Assembly: GCA_018304025.1 (NCBI GenBank) | Contig: JAGVXA010000004.1 | Span: 9,719-73,718 of the forward strand | From: Candidatus Pacearchaeota archaeon | GTDB lineage: Archaea; Nanobdellota; Nanobdellia; Pacearchaeales; GW2011-AR1 | Direction of reading: 5' to 3' | DNA: 64,000 bases | Part shown: in pieces, positions 60,106 to 64,000 of the stretch | Numbering within the stretch: position 1 is the first letter of the stretch | Layout of the letters: each line of letters starts with the position of its first letter | Program-made: the position numbers and the translations under genes | Notes under the pieces: generated by a model | The model's input: only the letters and a program-made list of their open reading frames with translations | Databases searched by the model: none | Told to the model about the DNA's origin: nothing

Positions 60106-62922
60106 TTAAGAAAAAATTATATTAAATTTTTTACTCCTTATTTCAAATGAAATTTCGTTTTTCCCCAAACTTTTGTCGTCGGTAAATTCAATTTTGCTGG
60201 AGTTGGTTCTCTCTTTCAAGAATTCAATGTGCTTTTCCAGCATCTCTTGGACATCAGAACTAACGTGTATCTTGGTAGAAATCATCTCGCCTTTCTTCAA
60301 TCCTCTGTTCTTTCTTTCCGCCTGGATTTTTCTCGCTAATTCCCTCGCAAAACCCTCTGCCTCCAGTTCAGGCGTCATCCTAAAATCGAATTTAACATTA
60401 AATTCTTTGCCTTGCTTAATCTCTATCTCTTTAACATTCAATTGTCTTGCAATTATTTCTTTTAGATTATCAGGCAAATCAAGACTTTCTGTCACAGCCA
60501 CAGTTGCTCTCTTCAATGGCCATCTCAATCCAACTCCTTCTTTGTCTCTTATCCCCAGCCCCTTTTCAACAACTTCAAAAATTATTTTGAATCTTTCTTC
60601 AAGCTCTGCGTCAATTTTCTTCTCGTCTGGCGCAGGCCAGTCGCATAAATGAACAGATTTCTCATCCACAATCTTTTTTTCCAATAACTTCTGCCAAATA
60701 TCTTCTGTGCTGAATGGAATAATCGGCGCGCACAATTTCATCAGCCCGGCATAAACTTCTTCCAAAACAGATAAAACTTCCGAATCATTTTCAGCTAATC
60801 TGTCTCGAACAATCTGGATATATCCTCTGCTCAAATCATTAAGCCAAAATTCCTGCAGCGCGCGAGTAGCCAGATGCGGGTGCAGTTCTTCCAGCTCCGA
60901 AGTAACTTTTTTAATCAAAGAATTAAATTTGGAAATAATCCATTTGTCTTCCGCGTTTTTTATTTTATTCTTTCCGCTCTTTACAACAAGTCTTTCTATA
61001 TTTTGCAAAATATTCAAGTTGCTTTTCGGCTCCTTCAAAACACTAAACCCAAATCTTAATTCCTGCGAAGGATCCTGCAGGCAATAGAGCAATCTCATAG
61101 GGTCTGCGCCGATTTTTTCGACAGCGTCGTCAAACCAAATCGCGTTCCCCTTGCTCTTGTGCATCTCATCTCCCTTCTCGTCTTTCAAACTTTCGTAGCC
61201 GAAAATAGATTTAAACGGCGCTCTCCCGTCCAAACAAACCGACGCCCAAAACAAGGCATTGAACCATCCCCGATACTGCCCAGGCATGTTTTCTGAAATC
61301 AAGTCAGCAGGAAACCATTCCTCCCAATATTTTTTGTCTTTCAAATAATTCAGAGTAGAAAACGGAACAATTCCAGCGTCGAGCCACGCGTCTCCGACGT
61401 CAGGAATTCTTGAAACATTTTTCCCGCATGAAGCGCATTTGATTTTAATTTCGTCAATCCACGGGCGGTGAATTTCCGGCAGGGAATCAACTTTCTTTTT
61501 GTCGACGGATTTAGCTTTCAATTCCTCCAAACTTCCGATGACTTCAACTTCTCCGCACTCGCATTCCCAAATCGGCAGCGGCAGTCCCCAATATCTTTTT
61601 CTGGAAATCAGCCAGTCGCCCATATTATTGAACCAATCCTCTTGCCTTCTCCCCCCATATTCAGGATACCATTTTATTTTTTGATTCTCGTCAATTAACT
61701 TCCCCCGCATTTCCGAAGATTTAATATACCATTCATCAACTAATCTAAATACAAGTTCTTCTCCGCATCTCCAGCAATGAGGATATCTGTGTTTTATCCT
61801 AGCTGTTTTGTAAACAAATCTTCTCTGCTCTAAATCGTTTAAGACAGCAGTATTAACATCAGAATATTTTTTCATGCTAAACTCTCCAAATCCAACTTCA
61901 TAAATTCCAGCGTCGTTCAACGGCGAAATCGCCGGCAGATTTTCTTTTTTCCCTAAGTCAAAATCCTCTGCTCCGCACCCAGGCGCAATATGAACAATTC
62001 CAGTTCCTTCTTCTCCCGACGCCAAATCCCACAAAACAACCTTGTGCGGAGATTTTTTTTGCGATTCAAAATCAGAGTAAGGCATAAGATATTCCATCCC
62101 CTTCAATTCTCTCCCTTTTTTCCTGTCTAAAATTTTATATTCTCCTTCAAGTTCTTCAAGCCGCGATTCAGCAAGCCAATATCTGAGCCCCTCATTTTCA
62201 ACCTTCACATAATCAATATTTTCATTGACAGCAATTGCAACATTTGCAGGAACTGTCCACGGCGTCGTCGTAAAAATCAGGAAATAAGTATTATGTTCTC
62301 CTTTCAAAGGGAACTGCATAAATAAAGCAGTATGAGTGACTTCTTTGTAACCTTCTGTCGCAATATCATGTTTTGAACTCGCAGTCCCGCACCGCCAGCA
62401 CCAAGGCACAGCGTCTTTTCCTTTATACAATTCTCCTCTTTCAAAATATTTTTTCAATAAAAACCAATTGTGCAAATTATTAGCATCAGTCATCGTGTAA
62501 TAGCTGTTGTCCCAATCCATCCACTGCCCAAGCCGGACAGATTGTTCTTTTTGTATCTTGGAAAATCTCTCAACTCTTCTTCTGCACGATTTCACAAATT
62601 TCAAAACACCAAACATCTCAATGTCTTCCTTGTCTTTCAATCCCAAATCTTTTTCTTCTTCTCTTTCAACCCAAAGCCCCTGGCAGTCAAAACCGTTTTG
62701 GTATCTCATCTCATGCCCCTGCATCGCCTTGAATCTGTGGAAAACATCTTTGTAAGTTCTTCCCCACGCGTGATGCACGCCCATCGGATTATTCGCAGTT
62801 ATCGGCCCGTCGATAAAACTCCATTTTTTCTTCCCGCGATTTTTCTGCCTGAGCTTGTCAAATATCTTTTCTTTCTCCCAGAATTTCAGGATTGCTTCTT
62901 CTGCCTTGTTAAAGTCTAACAT
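60106..62922 (-). CDS. ileS: isoleucyl-tRNA synthetase, type 2 (GVHH variant)
   Basis: DGPITANNPMGVHH, GFDCQGL, TTTPWT, GTGIVHIAP, DWLISRKRYWG, EMHKSKGN. Confidence 0.95.
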   Translation of the reverse strand: MLDFNKAEEAILKFWEKEKIFDKLRQKNRGKKKWSFIDGPITANNPMGVHHAWGRTYKDVFHRFKAMQGHEMRYQNGFDCQGLWVEREEEKDLGLKDKEDIEMFGVLKFVKSCRRRVERFSKIQKEQSVRLGQWMDWDNSYYTMTDANNLHNWFLLKKYFERGELYKGKDAVPWCWRCGTASSKHDIATEGYKEVTHTALFMQFPLKGEHNTYFLIFTTTPWTVPANVAIAVNENIDYVKVENEGLRYWLAESRLEELEGEYKILDRKKGRELKGMEYLMPYSDFESQKKSPHKVVLWDLASGEEGTGIVHIAPGCGAEDFDLGKKENLPAISPLNDAGIYEVGFGEFSMKKYSDVNTAVLNDLEQRRFVYKTARIKHRYPHCWRCGEELVFRLVDEWYIKSSEMRGKLIDENQKIKWYPEYGGRRQEDWFNNMGDWLISRKRYWGLPLPIWECECGEVEVIGSLEELKAKSVDKKKVDSLPEIHRPWIDEIKIKCASCGKNVSRIPDVGDAWLDAGIVPFSTLNYLKDKKYWEEWFPADLISENMPGQYRGWFNALFWASVCLDGRAPFKSIFGYESLKDEKGDEMHKSKGNAIWFDDAVEKIGADPMRLLYCLQDPSQELRFGFSVLKEPKSNLNILQNIERLVVKSGKNKIKNAEDKWIISKFNSLIKKVTSELEELHPHLATRALQEFWLNDLSRGYIQIVRDRLAENDSEVLSVLEEVYAGLMKLCAPIIPFSTEDIWQKLLEKKIVDEKSVHLCDWPAPDEKKIDAELEERFKIIFEVVEKGLGIRDKEGVGLRWPLKRATVAVTESLDLPDNLKEIIARQLNVKEIEIKQGKEFNVKFDFRMTPELEAEGFARELARKIQAERKNRGLKKGEMISTKIHVSSDVQEMLEKHIEFLKERTNSSKIEFTDDKSLGKNEISFEIRSKKFNIIFS

Positions 62923-62924
62923 CT

Positions 62925-63530
62925 TTATCCCTCGCTCCCTACATTTTTATACCTTGCCCCCCAAAAATCTTCCTTAGCTAGCTTAAAATATTTCGAACAA
63001 CAAGAAATTAATTCATTAGACAAAGAAAACTTTGACATTCTCTTTCTATCAAAAAAACTGTACAATATAACTTCAATTTCAGCGCGTTTTTTAATATCTC
63101 TTATTGCAGGACAAAAATCAGTATCAGAAGAAACCAAAATCACTTTTTTAATCAGAGGGTAATCTTTTTCTATGTGGCTCAAATCAAGTGTTAATAACGT
63201 ATCAACTCCTTTTTGAGAATATTCAATTTCCCCAGCAGGATTTATTATCTTCTGGCATCTCCCTTCCCGGAGTGTAATATTTTTGTTTTTCGATAATGCA
63301 GAGATAAACCTATCGTATCCTTCCCGCATATTTCTCTCTTTTTCTGTCGGAGGTGTTCCTTGAAAAGGTGGAGCAGTATAATAAAACAAATGTTTACAAA
63401 AAAGATTTTGTTTTTTAGAAATATTCTTGGCAAATTCAAATTTGTCAAATTTTAATCTAATCCCTTTCCCAAAAAACTTAGTTAATTTATCTAAAAATCC
63501 CTCATCAATAAAAACCAGCGTTTCATTCAT
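62925..63530 (-). CDS. NYN/LabA-like PIN-fold nuclease
   Basis: VFIDEG, QKGVDTLLTLD, LVSSDTDF. Confidence 0.9.
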   Translation of the reverse strand: MNETLVFIDEGFLDKLTKFFGKGIRLKFDKFEFAKNISKKQNLFCKHLFYYTAPPFQGTPPTEKERNMREGYDRFISALSKNKNITLREGRCQKIINPAGEIEYSQKGVDTLLTLDLSHIEKDYPLIKKVILVSSDTDFCPAIRDIKKRAEIEVILYSFFDRKRMSKFSLSNELISCCSKYFKLAKEDFWGARYKNVGSEG

Positions 63531-63578
63531 TATAAAAACCTCCCAAAAAATTCAAACAAATCACCAAAAAAAAGTCAT

Positions 63579-63602
63579 CTAGTGACCCCGTGAGATCACT
63601 AG
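63579..63602 (-). promoter_or_regulatory. 5'-leader hairpin of the NYN-ileS unit
   Basis: Minus-strand RNA CUAGUGAUCU-CACG-GGGUCACUAG (10 bp including G-U pairs), downstream of TATA tttataaa at about 63634. Confidence 0.5.
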
Positions 63603-63805
63603 GGAACATTCTAATATTCTTATCAGTTTGAAGTTTATAAAAGTTGCTATGTTCAAGATTTAGAACTAACATCTTAATATTCCATCTCCCCGCCTTTTAT
63701 ATTTTGTTCCAAGCATAGAAATCACGAGGTAACATTAATAGCGGATACTACATCAGAAAAATTAATTAAATAGTTTTTTAAGTCCTAATTCATTATATTT
63801 TTATC

Positions 63806-64000
63806 ATGGAAAGTTCTGAACAAATCCAAAAAACAGCTAGCACTCTTATTAATTTGAGTGAACATTCAAACGTTAGATATGCCAAAGCTATTGCTAAAAA
63901 GTTGCTTGAAGAAAAGGATACCAAAGGGCCTATGCTGTCTATAAAACCCTTCAGCGCTTTTCCAGTTTCAAGGTTTATTACAAATCAAAGATTACTTGAA
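63806..64000 (+). CDS. partial hypothetical protein running off the window
   Basis: MESSEQIQKTASTLINLSEHSNVRYAK... open to the window end. Confidence 0.45.
   Translation, partial: MESSEQIQKTASTLINLSEHSNVRYAKAIAKKLLEEKDTKGPMLSIKPFSAFPVSRFITNQRLLE

Noticed and set aside
54586..62919. Numerous short antisense/overlapping ORFs in the track (also throughout the window)
   Set aside because: Shadow frames of well-supported genes

Overview
Genomic segment of a small-genome DPANN archaeon, most consistent with Ca. Pacearchaeota/Woesearchaeota. This assignment is inferred from TATA boxes about 25 nt before mostly leaderless ATGs, an intron-containing tRNA-Leu(TAA), XerA, TrmB, class III pilin signal peptides and a type 2 IleRS. 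Left to right: xerA, secreted and pilin-like genes, tRNA-Leu, an intact bacterial-type sigma-70 homologue, a surface-glycosylation cluster (11.9-23.5 kb), a toxin-antitoxin/defence cassette array with related C-rich spacers (23.6-28.6 kb), about 24 kb of secreted Ig-like, Cys-rich and pilin-like surface genes (28.9-52.9 kb), then tatD, a subtilase, a serpin, trmB, ileS and an NYN nuclease. Most notable: (1) the sigma factor under an archaeal promoter, together with two Planctomycete-style dockerin-like modules; (2) a candidate donor-strand filament system with 'ITG'-TM partner proteins; (3) a MITE family with 9-bp target duplications; (4) a promoter-bearing ~90-nt structured ncRNA candidate; (5) a GVHH-type IleRS2. 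All family names come from motif recognition by eye, not database searches.
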